Shown here: positions 26,741 to 37,243 of the stretch, one piece after another
Layout of the letters: each line of letters starts with the position of its first letter
Numbering within the stretch: position 1 is the stretch's first letter
Source of the DNA: Candidatus Omnitrophota bacterium
Lineage (GTDB): Bacteria; Omnitrophota; Gorgyraeia; Gygaellales; Profunditerraquicolaceae
Assembly: GCA_018895075.1 (NCBI GenBank)
Contig: JAHIOW010000042.1
Span: forward strand, 1-52,445
Reading direction: 5' to 3'
DNA: 52,445 nucleotides
Made by a program: the position numbers and the translations under genes
The notes under the pieces: generated by a model
Told to the model about the DNA's origin: nothing
The model's database searches: none
What the model saw: only the letters and a program-made list of their open reading frames with translations

Positions 26741-27370
26741 CTAAAACCCTAAATTTTCGCCCACTAAAATAACCTTCAATCTATCCAGTATAACCTCTGC
26801 CTCAATAATTAAAATCTGGCAACACATCCTCTTGTATTCAGGGGAAAAACATATCTCCTGGCGGCAGATACCATCTTTAAGGCAAGGCGTGTTCCAGTTG
26901 TTAAGCCGCTTACAGTTAAGTGGCGTGGCATATTCCCTGGCGCGTTTTATGGCCTCATCTAAATTTGTAGTAATCTTATTTATGCCGGCGGCTACAATTA
27001 CATTTTTGGCATAAGAAATCCCGGCAATACGGTTACCGTATCCGCTGAAAAAAACCAGCTCTCCTTTTTCAGAGATAGCATTGGCAGAGGTCAAATAATA
27101 ATCCGCTCCTGCGCCCTCTCTCCTTAGTCTTAAATTTTCATCTTGACTGATGCCGGCCTTATATTGATTGAAGACCTTATTGCCGCGAGACTCCAGCATT
27201 CTAACTATGCCTAATTGGTTTAATGTAACTGAGCCTGAGATACCTACGCTGGCAGATAACGGTATAATCTCTAAAGCCTTATCAGCTGCCTGTTCTTTAT
27301 TATCACAGTACAACCCGCGAATATTTCTCTTCTGCCAATTTTTGATAAGATTATCGGCTCTCTTATCCAT
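26741..27370 (-). CDS. LUD-domain (lactate utilization-like) protein
   Basis: GSVTL, ADYYLTSANAI, G.GNR, GINKI, C-terminal Cys cluster, GENLGF. Confidence 0.85.
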   Translation of the reverse strand: MDKRADNLIKNWQKRNIRGLYCDNKEQAADKALEIIPLSASVGISGSVTLNQLGIVRMLESRGNKVFNQYKAGISQDENLRLRREGAGADYYLTSANAISEKGELVFFSGYGNRIAGISYAKNVIVAAGINKITTNLDEAIKRAREYATPLNCKRLNNWNTPCLKDGICRQEICFSPEYKRMCCQILIIEAEVILDRLKVILVGENLGF

Positions 27371-27371
27371 T

Positions 27372-28727
27372 TTATTGTCTTTTCCCTAATTGACGCGCTA
27401 AAGTGCGTCTTAATTTCCTAAGTTGCAGACTGACAACAACCGGATATTTATATCTGGAACAAACCTCTTCTAATCTATCAGGCATGCGCCTGAGATTCTC
27501 TGTTAATCTTCTCCTGATTTTATCAAGAGAAGGGAACTTATAGATTATTTTACCCTTTTCTACCACTTTTATCAACAAGGGTATAGCATTTATCTTCTCT
27601 TTCTCAAGGCCCAGAACGTCCTTTACGAACCTCCCCTTTTTATCTTTAATCCTAAATATCTGCTTTCTGCCCGGATAGGTAACTTTACCCTTGCTTAATT
27701 TCATCGTAGGCATAAATTTACCATCCTCATCCGTAACTTCGCTTATCTTATAAATAACATCTAAAGAAGGAGCATCAATACTTGTACCCATATTTGTTCC
27801 CACTCCAAAACTATCTACAGGCGCACCTGCCTGAAGCATCTGTCTTATCTTAAATTCATCCAGGTTCCCGCTGGCAAAGATACGCACAAATTTAAGGCCT
27901 GCCTTATCTAGCATTCTTCTGGCTAATTTAGATAAGGAAATAATGTTGCCGCTGTCTAATCTTATGCCCTGCAGGCAATGCCTTTTTGCCTTAAGATAGA
28001 GGCCGGTATCTATTGCATTCTCAATGCCTTTTCTGGTGTCATAGGTATCCACAAGCAAGATTGCATCCTCGGCAAAGGTATTGCTATAGGCCAAGAAACT
28101 ATCCAGCTCATGCTTAAAAGACATCACAAAAGAATGCGCCATAGTCCCTACGACAGGTATCTTATATAATTTAGCTGCCAATACATTGGATGTGCCGCTA
28201 AATCCGGCGATATAAGAAGAGCGCGCTGCTTTTACCCCTGCGTCAGAACCATGCGTCCTTCTTAAAGAAAAATCATAAACTCTCTTCTCTTTGACGGCAG
28301 AGACTACGCGCGAGGCCTTGCTGGCAATCATAGTCTGTAAATTTATAGTGTTGAGCAGAAAACTTTCTATGATCTGGGCCTCGATAATTGATGCGGTAAC
28401 GCGCACAACGGGTTCATCGGCAAAAAATATAGTGCCCTCTGGCAGGGCCCAGGTATCCCCTTTAAATTTAAATTTGCTTAAATATTTAAGAAAACCGTCA
28501 GAGAAAATTTTCTTGCTACGCAAATAATTTATATCTTCCTTACTGAATTCTAACCTCTTTATGTAATTTAAAATATCCTCTAAACCTGCGGCAACTAAAT
28601 AAGAGCGATTTATGGGCAAGGCCCTGACAAACAAATCAAAGGTAGCCAGGGTATCCTTTTTGTAATGGAAGTAACACTCTGCCATAGTAAGCTCATATAA
28701 ATCCACCAATAAAGAGAGATTATCCAT
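27372..28727 (-). CDS. pncB: Nicotinate phosphoribosyltransferase
   Basis: DLYELTM, DFSLRR, GTSNV, GTMAHS, LVDTYD, RLDSG, FGVGT. Confidence 0.96.
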   Translation of the reverse strand: MDNLSLLVDLYELTMAECYFHYKKDTLATFDLFVRALPINRSYLVAAGLEDILNYIKRLEFSKEDINYLRSKKIFSDGFLKYLSKFKFKGDTWALPEGTIFFADEPVVRVTASIIEAQIIESFLLNTINLQTMIASKASRVVSAVKEKRVYDFSLRRTHGSDAGVKAARSSYIAGFSGTSNVLAAKLYKIPVVGTMAHSFVMSFKHELDSFLAYSNTFAEDAILLVDTYDTRKGIENAIDTGLYLKAKRHCLQGIRLDSGNIISLSKLARRMLDKAGLKFVRIFASGNLDEFKIRQMLQAGAPVDSFGVGTNMGTSIDAPSLDVIYKISEVTDEDGKFMPTMKLSKGKVTYPGRKQIFRIKDKKGRFVKDVLGLEKEKINAIPLLIKVVEKGKIIYKFPSLDKIRRRLTENLRRMPDRLEEVCSRYKYPVVVSLQLRKLRRTLARQLGKRQ

Positions 28728-28728
28728 A

Positions 28729-29214
28729 TTACTCTGAAATTAAAGCCTGGTATTCATTTCGGGGAAAGGCATTCCCTTTAAAACGTATGTATCCTTCTCT
28801 ATCGACAATAACATAGGTAGGCACGCCTATCAACCCATAAGCCATGGCCACTGTTTCATCTTCGTCCAAAAGGACCCTAGAGGTTAAGTGATAGTTTTTA
28901 ATAAAATCATTCACTCTATAAGCAGGCTCTCCGATATTTATAGCCAATAACTCAAAACCATCTTCTGTTAATTGCGCATAGCTATTATTTAAAAGTCTTA
29001 ATTCCTTAACGCAAAAATGACACCAGGTTGTCCAGAAAAATAAGACTGTAGGACTGCCCCTAAAATCAGAAAGACTAACCCTGTTGTTATCTAAGTCCGT
29101 CAGATTAAAATCAAAGGCCAAACTATCCGTTGTCGCTTCTGCAACTGACGGGCGGGTTAGGCAATTCCCCGCTAACCACAAAAACAAGAAAATCAAAGAT
29201 ATTCTCTTTACCAT
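28729..29214 (-). CDS. TlpA/ResA-type thiol-disulfide oxidoreductase
   Basis: Signal peptide, FWTTWCHFC, YG..GVPT..VD; adjacent to ccdA. Confidence 0.88.
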   Translation of the reverse strand: MVKRISLIFLFLWLAGNCLTRPSVAEATTDSLAFDFNLTDLDNNRVSLSDFRGSPTVLFFWTTWCHFCVKELRLLNNSYAQLTEDGFELLAINIGEPAYRVNDFIKNYHLTSRVLLDEDETVAMAYGLIGVPTYVIVDREGYIRFKGNAFPRNEYQALISE

Positions 29215-29885
29215 ATCAACCTTCCAGCTTTTATCAGAAAATATCCGCCCATTCCTATCAAAATAAAGCCTGCGAGTTTCTTCAGGCGCAAAGACCAGAT
29301 GTTAGACCTGGATAATAGATTAAAAAAAGTTGCGCTAAAAGTTCCTACTAAGATCAATAAGAATCCCATCCCGTAAGCAAAGACAAACAAGAGACCGGCG
29401 CCATAAAGTATATTTTGTTTACTGGCCACATAGACTAATATTGCACCTAAGGCAGGAGTGATACAAGGGCCAATTACCAGTCCTGAAACAAGGCCAAAGA
29501 TAAAAGCCGAGAGAAAACCGCCGCTCCTGTTGACTTTATTCTGCAGGCGTATTCCGGTAAAGTTTATATTTATGGCCCCTAAAAATGATAATCCGGCGAT
29601 AATACAGACGCTGCCTATAACCAAGAAAGAGATCGGATGGGCTGAAATCTGCCCGAATAATCTCCCGCTCATGGCAGCAACCAACCCTAAGAAGGAATAA
29701 GTAGTCGCCAGGCCCAAGACATAGACCAAACTTAGAGACAAACCTCTAAGGCGCGATGAGCCTGCCTCTACTCCGATAAAACCCAGGGTTACAGGAACAA
29801 GCGGATATACGCAGGGTGAAAAACTTACGATAATGCCGCCAAAAAAGGCAACTATAAAATCAATGAAATTACCCTGTAGATTCAT
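29208..29885 (-). CDS. ccdA: CcdA/DsbD-family membrane electron transporter
   Basis: SPCVYPLVP, GPCITPAL, multiple TM segments. Confidence 0.88.
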   Translation of the reverse strand: MNLQGNFIDFIVAFFGGIIVSFSPCVYPLVPVTLGFIGVEAGSSRLRGLSLSLVYVLGLATTYSFLGLVAAMSGRLFGQISAHPISFLVIGSVCIIAGLSFLGAININFTGIRLQNKVNRSGGFLSAFIFGLVSGLVIGPCITPALGAILVYVASKQNILYGAGLLFVFAYGMGFLLILVGTFSATFFNLLSRSNIWSLRLKKLAGFILIGMGGYFLIKAGRLIW

Positions 29886-30180
29886 TTACCCACTCTAGAT
29901 ATTTTTTATTCCCGGCAACGATGCCAAGGGCGATTATCTCAGGCACTTCATAGCTATGCAGCAATTTTACTTTTTTTATTACTTTTCCCAGGAGCGCCTT
30001 TCTGGTCTTGGCTACCAAAAGCACCTCTTTTGCGCTCTCAATTTTACCTTGCCAGGAAAATACTGAATCCACGCCTGGGATAATATTTACACAGGCAGCA
30101 AGCCTGTTTTTTACCAGATACCGGGCAATACGATTCGCCTCTTTTTTGCCATGAACGGTTATAAAAATTACGATATACAT
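29869..30180 (-). CDS. cutA: Divalent-cation tolerance protein CutA
   Basis: LAACVNI, W.GKI, HSYEVPEII. Confidence 0.95.
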   Translation of the reverse strand: MYIVIFITVHGKKEANRIARYLVKNRLAACVNIIPGVDSVFSWQGKIESAKEVLLVAKTRKALLGKVIKKVKLLHSYEVPEIIALGIVAGNKKYLEWVNESTG

Positions 30181-30644
30181 TTTTTAATTAATTTAGCTAC
30201 TCTTGAGCCAAGCCTTAAGCACTGTTTAGTAGCCCGGGTATCAGGCGCTCCTATGGATACCGCGCCGTAATGGTCACCCTGGGGATCACCCTGAATAATC
30301 ATACCATGTATGAGCAGGGCATTCAAGATATCTAAAACGGTGGTCTCATTGCCCCCGCCCACATTAGCAGAAGAGGCAAATGCTGCGCCTATCTTGCCAT
30401 CAAGCCTACCATGAAACTTTACTGATTCATCTAATAATTTTTTAATCTCTGCGGCCATAGTACCGTAATAAGTAGGCGAACCAATAACTATGGCATCATA
30501 TTTTAAAAGTTCATCAACCTGCACATCTTTGACGTCCTTTATCAGCGCCTCAATACCCTCTTTCTTAATACCCTCAATAACGGATCCTGCCATCTTTTTG
30601 GTATTACCTGTTTGAGAGTAATAAATCACTAATGCCTTTGCCAT
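30168..30644 (-). CDS. Flavodoxin / WrbA-like flavoprotein
   Basis: YYSQTGNTKKMA, GSPTYYG, GGGNET. Confidence 0.88.
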   Translation of the reverse strand: MAKALVIYYSQTGNTKKMAGSVIEGIKKEGIEALIKDVKDVQVDELLKYDAIVIGSPTYYGTMAAEIKKLLDESVKFHGRLDGKIGAAFASSANVGGGNETTVLDILNALLIHGMIIQGDPQGDHYGAVSIGAPDTRATKQCLRLGSRVAKLIKKCIS

Positions 30645-30660
30645 GGCTACCTCTCCTTTC

Positions 30661-30900
30661 CTATTTAATCTTTACAGACTTTAATCTTCCGAACTGTGCG
30701 CAGGTATCAAATATAATCGTAGGGTCTTGAGTATGTATACATATTCTAAACTCTTTACCTTTGGTAGGATTATCTTGCGGTAGTTGATAAATCTCTAAAT
30801 TCTCTCCGCACTCTGTTATGGATTCCCTTAAGGTTTCTATTGAGGTGTTATTCTGAATATACAAGATAAATTCTAGGCAATAATTATCTTTAGGCATCAA
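30661..30900 (-). CDS. Hypothetical protein
   Basis: 79-aa ORF that fills the operon gap; no motif recognised. Confidence 0.6.
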   Translation of the reverse strand: MMPKDNYCLEFILYIQNNTSIETLRESITECGENLEIYQLPQDNPTKGKEFRICIHTQDPTIIFDTCAQFGRLKSVKIK

Positions 30901-30903
30901 TTT

Positions 30904-31680
30904 TTAACACCCTTTAAATATCATTTTAGCCATGGCCATCACTGACATTATTCTACCACATCCGGCGCCTTCCTTGCGATAGGAAAAGAATTCATCATTC
31001 TGGCACGATGTGCAGATATTAGAATCAAATATATTTGTATCCTTAACTCCCAGGCTTAAGGCTTCCTTCTTGTTTATCTTAACTAAATCTAGATAATAAC
31101 GGCCGCCTCTTTGTATCAGCGCATGGGGGAATAAATCACCAAACTCTTCGCCTACTTCATAGCAGCATCCTCTTATGGCCGGGCCAAAGCCCAGATATAA
31201 GTCTCCGGCCTGAATATTGAATCTCTCTCTCATCGATTGAATGGCCTTGGTGGTAATATTTTCCTGGGTACTGCGCCAGCCGGCATGAACCAGCCCTATA
31301 CCTTGTCTGTTGGGTTCATATAGAAATATGGATAGGCAATCTGCGGTAAATACGGCTAAAGGTAGATTTTTCTTATCGCTTATAAGGGCATCTGTATCAG
31401 CGATAGCGCCCTGGTAAGATAATGCGCCCTGCGCCCTATCTTTTTCTGTCACATATCTGATCTGGCTACTATGGACTTGCCTGCTACATACCAAATCGCG
31501 ATAATCAATCCCCAGTTCTTTTAAGAAATCTTTGCGATTCTCCAGTGAATCTCTGGTATCACCGTATGATAAAGACATATTCCCCAGGGCGCGCCTGCTA
31601 AAAGCGCAAACCAGGCCCTGGCCAGGACAAGGATTGAATAGATAATACTCCTTATTTACAAGCGGAAAATGCCTTTGCAT
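30904..31680 (-). CDS. pgeF: PgeF/YfiH purine nucleoside phosphorylase (laccase-domain protein)
   Basis: QVHS, TADC, HAGWR, GPAI..CCYEV, CT.C..FFSYR. Start uncertain. Confidence 0.9.
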   Translation of the reverse strand: MQRHFPLVNKEYYLFNPCPGQGLVCAFSRRALGNMSLSYGDTRDSLENRKDFLKELGIDYRDLVCSRQVHSSQIRYVTEKDRAQGALSYQGAIADTDALISDKKNLPLAVFTADCLSIFLYEPNRQGIGLVHAGWRSTQENITTKAIQSMRERFNIQAGDLYLGFGPAIRGCCYEVGEEFGDLFPHALIQRGGRYYLDLVKINKKEALSLGVKDTNIFDSNICTSCQNDEFFSYRKEGAGCGRIMSVMAMAKMIFKGC

Positions 31681-31900
31681 TAATCTCAATGATTTTATTG
31701 CGGGACTTCTCACCCTTAATAATCCGGATCTGGTATCTCTTTAGATTAAAATATTCGGCTAGTAAATCTATGAGCTGCTTATTGGCAAGGCCTTGGTGCG
31801 CAGGTTTAGTTAAATATACCCTCCAGCCACCATTTTCTTTCTGAACCTTGGTCCTACTTGACTTTGGTATGACGCGGATATTTAGAATCACTTCCGGCAA
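31652..31900 (-). CDS. DUF167 / YggU family protein
   Basis: V.P.SS, P..G.AN..LI..LA, I..G.KSRNK. Confidence 0.88.
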   Translation of the reverse strand: MPEVILNIRVIPKSSRTKVQKENGGWRVYLTKPAHQGLANKQLIDLLAEYFNLKRYQIRIIKGEKSRNKIIEINAKAFSACK

Positions 31901-32187
31901 GCAACGCGATAGGCGTCTAAGATACTATAAATACCTAATGTGCACATAAAAACTAAACTAATGGAGAATAAGACCCCGCCAAAAATAACTTGTCTGGGGA
32001 ATATAATCCTGCCTGTTAACCACAGCCCGATAAGTACGACGCTGATTATAAAAACAAGCAGATTGGCCGCAGAAAAGAAGATAATGCATAATCCTTTAAA
32101 AATCTGGCCATTGTAAAGCTGCCCCAGGCCGTTAAAGATAAAGGAAAAAACTGCTGCCAGGCCAGGGTCTTTTATATTTTGATTCAT
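31888..32187 (-). CDS. Small membrane protein
   Basis: PGLAAVFS..GLGQLYNGQ..KG, TM helices, ..DAY. Confidence 0.75.
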   Translation of the reverse strand: MNQNIKDPGLAAVFSFIFNGLGQLYNGQIFKGLCIIFFSAANLLVFIISVVLIGLWLTGRIIFPRQVIFGGVLFSISLVFMCTLGIYSILDAYRVACRK

Positions 32188-32197
32188 CAGCGCGCTC

Positions 32198-33130
32198 TTA
32201 TTTTACCTCTATTTCTCTGGTATCTTGCATATTGGTAAGTCTATCTGAAAATCTATCCAGTCTCTTCTGGCTATCTTCGTATTTACTCCTGGCATTGGAA
32301 AGATGGCCCCCTAGGGTGTCAAAATCATCTTTGAATTTACCTATCTCAATGGATAATGTGCTTAAATTTTTCAAGATTACCTTGGCATTCTCTTCTATCT
32401 TCAGCCCCTTAAGGCCCAGGCAGATTATCTGCAGGTACGCATAAAAGGTATTCGGAGAAACAGGGATAACTTTCTTAGAGACAAAATAGGACAGAAGGTC
32501 TTCCTTAATAATAATCTCATAATAGACGTTTTCAGCGGGGATATACATAAACGCGAAATCATAGGTGTTTTCCTGCGGCAAAATATATTTAGAAGCAACC
32601 TCATCAACTCGCGCCTTTATATCCTGAATGAATTTTCTGCGGTGGGTATTTTTTAATTGTTCATCGGGGGCCTGGAGCATCTTCTGGAAGTTTTCCAGGC
32701 TGAACTTGGCATCTATGGGTACCAAACGCTCACCCAGTTTTAACGCTGCATCCACTGCCTCGCCGGATTTAAACCTATACTGCATCTGGTAATAAGCCTT
32801 TGGCAGGACCTGCGATAACAGGTTCTCTAACAATGTCTCTCCCATCTGGCCCCTGAATTTCGGCGCGCGCAGGAGTTCCTGGAGGCTGGAGATATCTTTA
32901 CTAATCTCAACGATCTGCTGATTGGTCTTTTCTAACTTGCCCAATGATGCCTGCACATTGCCAAAGATATTCGTGGCATCGCCAATCCTTTCCCTGACCG
33001 CCCTGTTTTCCTCCTGGAGGGATTGATTCATCTGGCTCAATCGCTCATTCAACAAAGAAAATATTTTTAAAAGAATGCCTATAATAATTAAAGAAAAAAG
33101 TAAAAAAAGTGACCCCGCCAACCACGCCAT
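32198..33130 (-). CDS. rmuC: DNA recombination protein RmuC
   Basis: N-terminal TM, PKFRG..GE..LE, PIDAKF, KYI, FMYIPAE, VSP.T. Confidence 0.92.
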   Translation of the reverse strand: MAWLAGSLFLLFSLIIIGILLKIFSLLNERLSQMNQSLQEENRAVRERIGDATNIFGNVQASLGKLEKTNQQIVEISKDISSLQELLRAPKFRGQMGETLLENLLSQVLPKAYYQMQYRFKSGEAVDAALKLGERLVPIDAKFSLENFQKMLQAPDEQLKNTHRRKFIQDIKARVDEVASKYILPQENTYDFAFMYIPAENVYYEIIIKEDLLSYFVSKKVIPVSPNTFYAYLQIICLGLKGLKIEENAKVILKNLSTLSIEIGKFKDDFDTLGGHLSNARSKYEDSQKRLDRFSDRLTNMQDTREIEVK

Positions 33131-33211
33131 TTGTCTTCTCTACCTGTATTAAGTTTTAATTACTTACTTTTTAAAATCTCTGCCTCTATTATATCACTAT
33201 CCTTTTTCTTC

Positions 33212-33931
33212 TCAAACTAAATAATCCTTTTTTATTCTCCTTACGCTTCTAAATATATTTGTCTTTACCTCGGGACAGACCTTTTTTAAATCCTTGATAA
33301 TATTACTTATCTTTGTGCGTTTAGAAGTAACAGAATTCGGGCAGGCGCACCTCTGTTGGGGAAATCCCGCTGACTTCCCGAAGCGCGCGATCATATCTTC
33401 TTCCACATAAACCAGGGGCCGGATCAGGGTAATCTTGCCTTTAAATAACTCCTGCCTTGGCGACATCGCCGAAATCTCGCCATGAAAAAATAGATTTAAT
33501 AAAACCGTCTCTATGGTATCGTCTTTATGATGACCGAGGGCAACCTTATTACAGCCAAAGCGATTGGCAGCCTCAAACAACGCCTTTCTCCTATTCCAGG
33601 AACACCAAAAGCAAGAGATATCTTTGCGGCTCTTACCCTGCAGTATGTCTATTTTTTCAATGTGGTAGTTAATCTTATGTTTTTTAAAGTATTCAGTCAA
33701 AATCTTAGGATGATGACAGGGGTAACCCAAATCAATATGCACTGCCAGGAGTTCATATTTTATGGGCACAAATTGCCTGCGGTCAGCTAATACCCGCAGC
33801 AAAGTCAGGCTGTCTTTTCCGCCTGAGACGGCAACGGCAATCTTATCCCCGTCAGATATCAGGTTATAGTCTATGATCGCCCTGCCCACCCTCTTTGAAA
33901 TATAAAACTCCTGTCCCTCTAATACCGACAT
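33212..33931 (-). CDS. ttcA: tRNA 2-thiocytidine(32) synthetase-like PP-loop ATPase
   Basis: SGGKDS, CFWCS..RR, ALGHH.DD..ET, IRPL, C.CP. Confidence 0.88.
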   Translation of the reverse strand: MSVLEGQEFYISKRVGRAIIDYNLISDGDKIAVAVSGGKDSLTLLRVLADRRQFVPIKYELLAVHIDLGYPCHHPKILTEYFKKHKINYHIEKIDILQGKSRKDISCFWCSWNRRKALFEAANRFGCNKVALGHHKDDTIETVLLNLFFHGEISAMSPRQELFKGKITLIRPLVYVEEDMIARFGKSAGFPQQRCACPNSVTSKRTKISNIIKDLKKVCPEVKTNIFRSVRRIKKDYLV

Positions 33932-33995
33932 CTATAGCCTTTCTATAAATAAACCGTTGGATTATTCATCACGATTTAATTTTTTGCGATTGCGG

Positions 33996-34805
33996 TCATT
34001 GGATAAAGATCAAGCGGAGAATTTTGTCAAACCAGAATATGGATAAAACTGCGGCTATTGATAAGAATGGGCCGTAAGGTATGGTGTGGTCTTTCTTGAC
34101 CATAAAGTTTATCCCCCCTACTATCAATCCAAAAAGGGGAGCCAGAAAAAATGTCAGCAACACCATCTTCCAGCCCAGGAATGCCCCAATCATAGCCAGG
34201 AGCTTAACATCCCCACCGCCCATAGAAGCAGTCTCTCCCTGAATAGGAGGTTTTTTCAGCATCTTAAAATAGATCAGGTCAAAGGTCAGGCCAGTTAAGT
34301 AGATAATCCCTCCCCCGATAACAATACCCAGAAAAGAATTGAACATAGGTGATAGGTGATAGGTGATAGGTGATAGGTTGAATCCTTTCACGGAACTTAA
34401 TATAAATCCTAAGATCATGCCGCCTATGGATATCTCATCAGGTATAATGCGCTGTTTCATATCCACAAAACTGGCAATAATCAAATTGCAAACCAGGACA
34501 ATATAGAAAAAGAAATCATAACTCAATCTATAACGGCTAAAAAAGACAACAAACATTACCGCCGTTAATAATTCAATGATTAAATACTTAAATGATATCC
34601 TGCCTTTACAGAAACGGCACCGCCCTTTTAGAAGAATATAACTTATGAATGGTATATTGTCATACCAGAAAATCTTTTTTTCGCAGAGAGGGCAATGCGA
34701 ACCCGGCCAGACTACTGATTTGCCCAGAGGCAGGCGGTAGATGCAAACATTCAAGAAACTACCCACGATAGAGCCGAAAATAAATGCCAGTATCTTTGCT
34801 ATCAT
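33996..34805 (-). CDS. pilD: Prepilin peptidase / N-methyltransferase
   Basis: GSFLNVCIYRLP, SHCPLC..CRFC, MGGGDVKL, IPYGPFL. Confidence 0.95.
   Translation of the reverse strand: MIAKILAFIFGSIVGSFLNVCIYRLPLGKSVVWPGSHCPLCEKKIFWYDNIPFISYILLKGRCRFCKGRISFKYLIIELLTAVMFVVFFSRYRLSYDFFFYIVLVCNLIIASFVDMKQRIIPDEISIGGMILGFILSSVKGFNLSPITYHLSPMFNSFLGIVIGGGIIYLTGLTFDLIYFKMLKKPPIQGETASMGGGDVKLLAMIGAFLGWKMVLLTFFLAPLFGLIVGGINFMVKKDHTIPYGPFLSIAAVLSIFWFDKILRLIFIQ
34345..34378. repeat. Heptamer tandem repeat (GATAGGT, about 4.9 units) inside pilD
   Basis: ATAGGT plus four perfect GATAGGT; encodes NLSPITYHLSPM. Confidence 0.9.
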
Positions 34806-35737
34806 GATTTATTAATCGCCTCGTTTAAGGCCTGCCGCATTGTATCCACAGGTGCCTTCTGAGCTGTCCAAAATTCAAACGCCTCTACCCCCTGATACAG
34901 AAGCATACCTTCTCCGCTTGTAGTATTTAGACCTTTTGACTTGGCATCCTTGATTAACTGGGTTTCTCTATTATACACTAGGTCATAAACAAATAAATCT
35001 TTATGAAGTAAACTTTTATCTACCACAGAGCCATCGCCCTCCTTCATACCTATAGGTGTGGCATTAACTAATAATTGAGCATCTTTTATTTTATCTGGAA
35101 TTTGCTCTCTTGAGATAAATTCCAATTTATCCTCCAAATATGAAGATTGTGGAAGTTGCAAAAAATATTTTTTTGCAGCTTCCATAACTTCAACTTTAAT
35201 ATCAGTTATATATATTTTTTCAACTTGCGCTTGCTTCCAACTTAATGCAGCAATAACAGCTCTTCCTGCGCCACCACATCCAATAAGAAGTGCATTTTTA
35301 TTCTTAGTTTCGAAATCTAAAACATTTCTTAAGGATTCTAAAAAGCCTGCGACATCAGTATTCCAATATTTTAATCCATCGCTATCTCTCTTTACTGTAT
35401 TTACAGCGCCGGATAATTTAACGTAATACAGATCCCTCAATATTAAATTTTTGTACTCAAAAGGGAAACTTTCCTCTAATATTTCTCTGGCTTTTACCTT
35501 ATGCGGAATAGTTATATTAAATCCTACTATATCTTTGGCATAAATAGAATTTCCTTCTATATCTTTCGCCAAAAAATCTTTATTCAATAAAAAACCTTCC
35601 AAATCTTCGGGTTTTACCTCAAATAATCTATATTCGGCAGATATGCCCAGGACTTTAAATGCGGCGTTGTGCATTGCTGGAGAGAGGCTATGTCTAGCAG
35701 GATAACCAATTAGGCCATAGATTACAGGCGGGGTCAT
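34802..35737 (-). CDS. aroE: Shikimate dehydrogenase
   Basis: HSLSPAMHN, NITIPHK, AVNT, NTD, GCGGAGRA, NATPIGM, DLVY, MLLYQG. Confidence 0.95.
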   Translation of the reverse strand: MTPPVIYGLIGYPARHSLSPAMHNAAFKVLGISAEYRLFEVKPEDLEGFLLNKDFLAKDIEGNSIYAKDIVGFNITIPHKVKAREILEESFPFEYKNLILRDLYYVKLSGAVNTVKRDSDGLKYWNTDVAGFLESLRNVLDFETKNKNALLIGCGGAGRAVIAALSWKQAQVEKIYITDIKVEVMEAAKKYFLQLPQSSYLEDKLEFISREQIPDKIKDAQLLVNATPIGMKEGDGSVVDKSLLHKDLFVYDLVYNRETQLIKDAKSKGLNTTSGEGMLLYQGVEAFEFWTAQKAPVDTMRQALNEAINKS

Positions 35738-37239
35738 TGACTTTCTATTTTATTCAGTGCGTCCAGATAAGCCCTTATTGAGGCCTCAATAATGTCGGTG
35801 CTTGAGCCTCTGCCCAGGACTGTCTTTGCCTTCGTAGAAAGTTTAAGATTTACTCCGCCCAAGGCATCTTTTCCTGAGGTAACTGCCTCTAGGCGGTAAT
35901 CTTGGAGTTTTGCCTTTATGTTACTTATCTTGTCTATGGCCTTAAAGCAGGCGTCTACCGGGCCGTCACCCGTAGAAGAGCCGATAAGGATTTCTTTCTT
36001 CTTCTGTAATTTTACCATTGCCTTGGGCGTAATCTGCGTGCCAGAGATAATCTCAAAACTAATCAGTTTCCATAAAGGTTTTACTGTCCGTAACCCATCC
36101 TCAACAATGGCAATTAAATCGCTGTCAAAGACATTTTTCTTTTTATCTACCACTTGCTTGAAGCGCACAAAGGCCTCATCCAGTTGCTGTTTGCGCAAAT
36201 GAAAACCCAATGTCTTTAACCTCTCGCTGAATGCATGCCTTCCGGAATGCTTGCCGAGCACCAGCCCTGCCCCGTAGAAACCAACATCCTGGGGCTTGAT
36301 GATTTCGTAAGTAGAACGTTTCTTTAAGACCCCGTCCTGATGGATACCGGCCTCGTGCCTAAAGGCATTGCTTCCTACGATGGCCTTATTAGGGGCGATG
36401 ACAAAACCGGTAAGTTTTGAGACCAGCCGCGAGGTCTTATAAATCTGGTTTTTCCTTATATCTGTGGTCAGGCTGCCAAAGACATCCTTTCTTGTATCTA
36501 AAGCCATGATTATCTCTTCTAAGGAGGCGTTACCGGCGCGTTCCCCGATGCCGTTTATGGTGCATTCTACCTGCTCTGCCCCCTTCTTGATTGCCTCTAA
36601 AGAATTAGCCACCGCCAGGCCTAAATCATTATGACAATGCACGGATATAACCGCTTTATTTATACTGGCTACATTATCCCTAATTGCCCTAATCAAACTG
36701 CCGAATTCCTCTGGTTCAGCATACCCCACGGTATCGGGGATATTTACTGTGGTTGCTCCGGCATCAATCACTGCCTCAATAACCCTAAACAGAAAACCTC
36801 TGTCGCTGCGCGAGGCATCTTCAGGCGAGAATTCTATATCCGGGCAATATTTTTTAGCATATTTTGTTGACCAGACTGCCAGCCGCAAAATCTCATCTTC
36901 TGCTTTTTTTAACTTGTATTGCATATGAATCCTAGAAGTTGCTAAGAATACATGGATACGCGGCCTCTTAGAAAATTTTATGGCCTGATAAGCCACATCT
37001 ATATCCTTTTTTATGGCTCGCGCCAGGCCGCAGACAATCGGCCCTTTAATAGAGGCGGCCACGCTCTTTACTGCCTCGAAATCACCTTTTGAGGATATGG
37101 GAAAACCCGCCTCAATGATATCCACGCCTAAGCTGGCCAGGGCCTCGGCAATCTCTAACTTTTCTCTCTGATTTAGAGACGCCCCCGGCGCCTGTTCTCC
37201 GTCGCGCAGAGTAGTATCGAATATAATAATTTTATCCAT
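35734..37239 (-). CDS. leuA: 2-isopropylmalate synthase
   Basis: [35 protein letters not shown]. Confidence 0.97.
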   Translation of the reverse strand: MDKIIIFDTTLRDGEQAPGASLNQREKLEIAEALASLGVDIIEAGFPISSKGDFEAVKSVAASIKGPIVCGLARAIKKDIDVAYQAIKFSKRPRIHVFLATSRIHMQYKLKKAEDEILRLAVWSTKYAKKYCPDIEFSPEDASRSDRGFLFRVIEAVIDAGATTVNIPDTVGYAEPEEFGSLIRAIRDNVASINKAVISVHCHNDLGLAVANSLEAIKKGAEQVECTINGIGERAGNASLEEIIMALDTRKDVFGSLTTDIRKNQIYKTSRLVSKLTGFVIAPNKAIVGSNAFRHEAGIHQDGVLKKRSTYEIIKPQDVGFYGAGLVLGKHSGRHAFSERLKTLGFHLRKQQLDEAFVRFKQVVDKKKNVFDSDLIAIVEDGLRTVKPLWKLISFEIISGTQITPKAMVKLQKKKEILIGSSTGDGPVDACFKAIDKISNIKAKLQDYRLEAVTSGKDALGGVNLKLSTKAKTVLGRGSSTDIIEASIRAYLDALNKIESQ

Positions 37240-37243
37240 CGTT

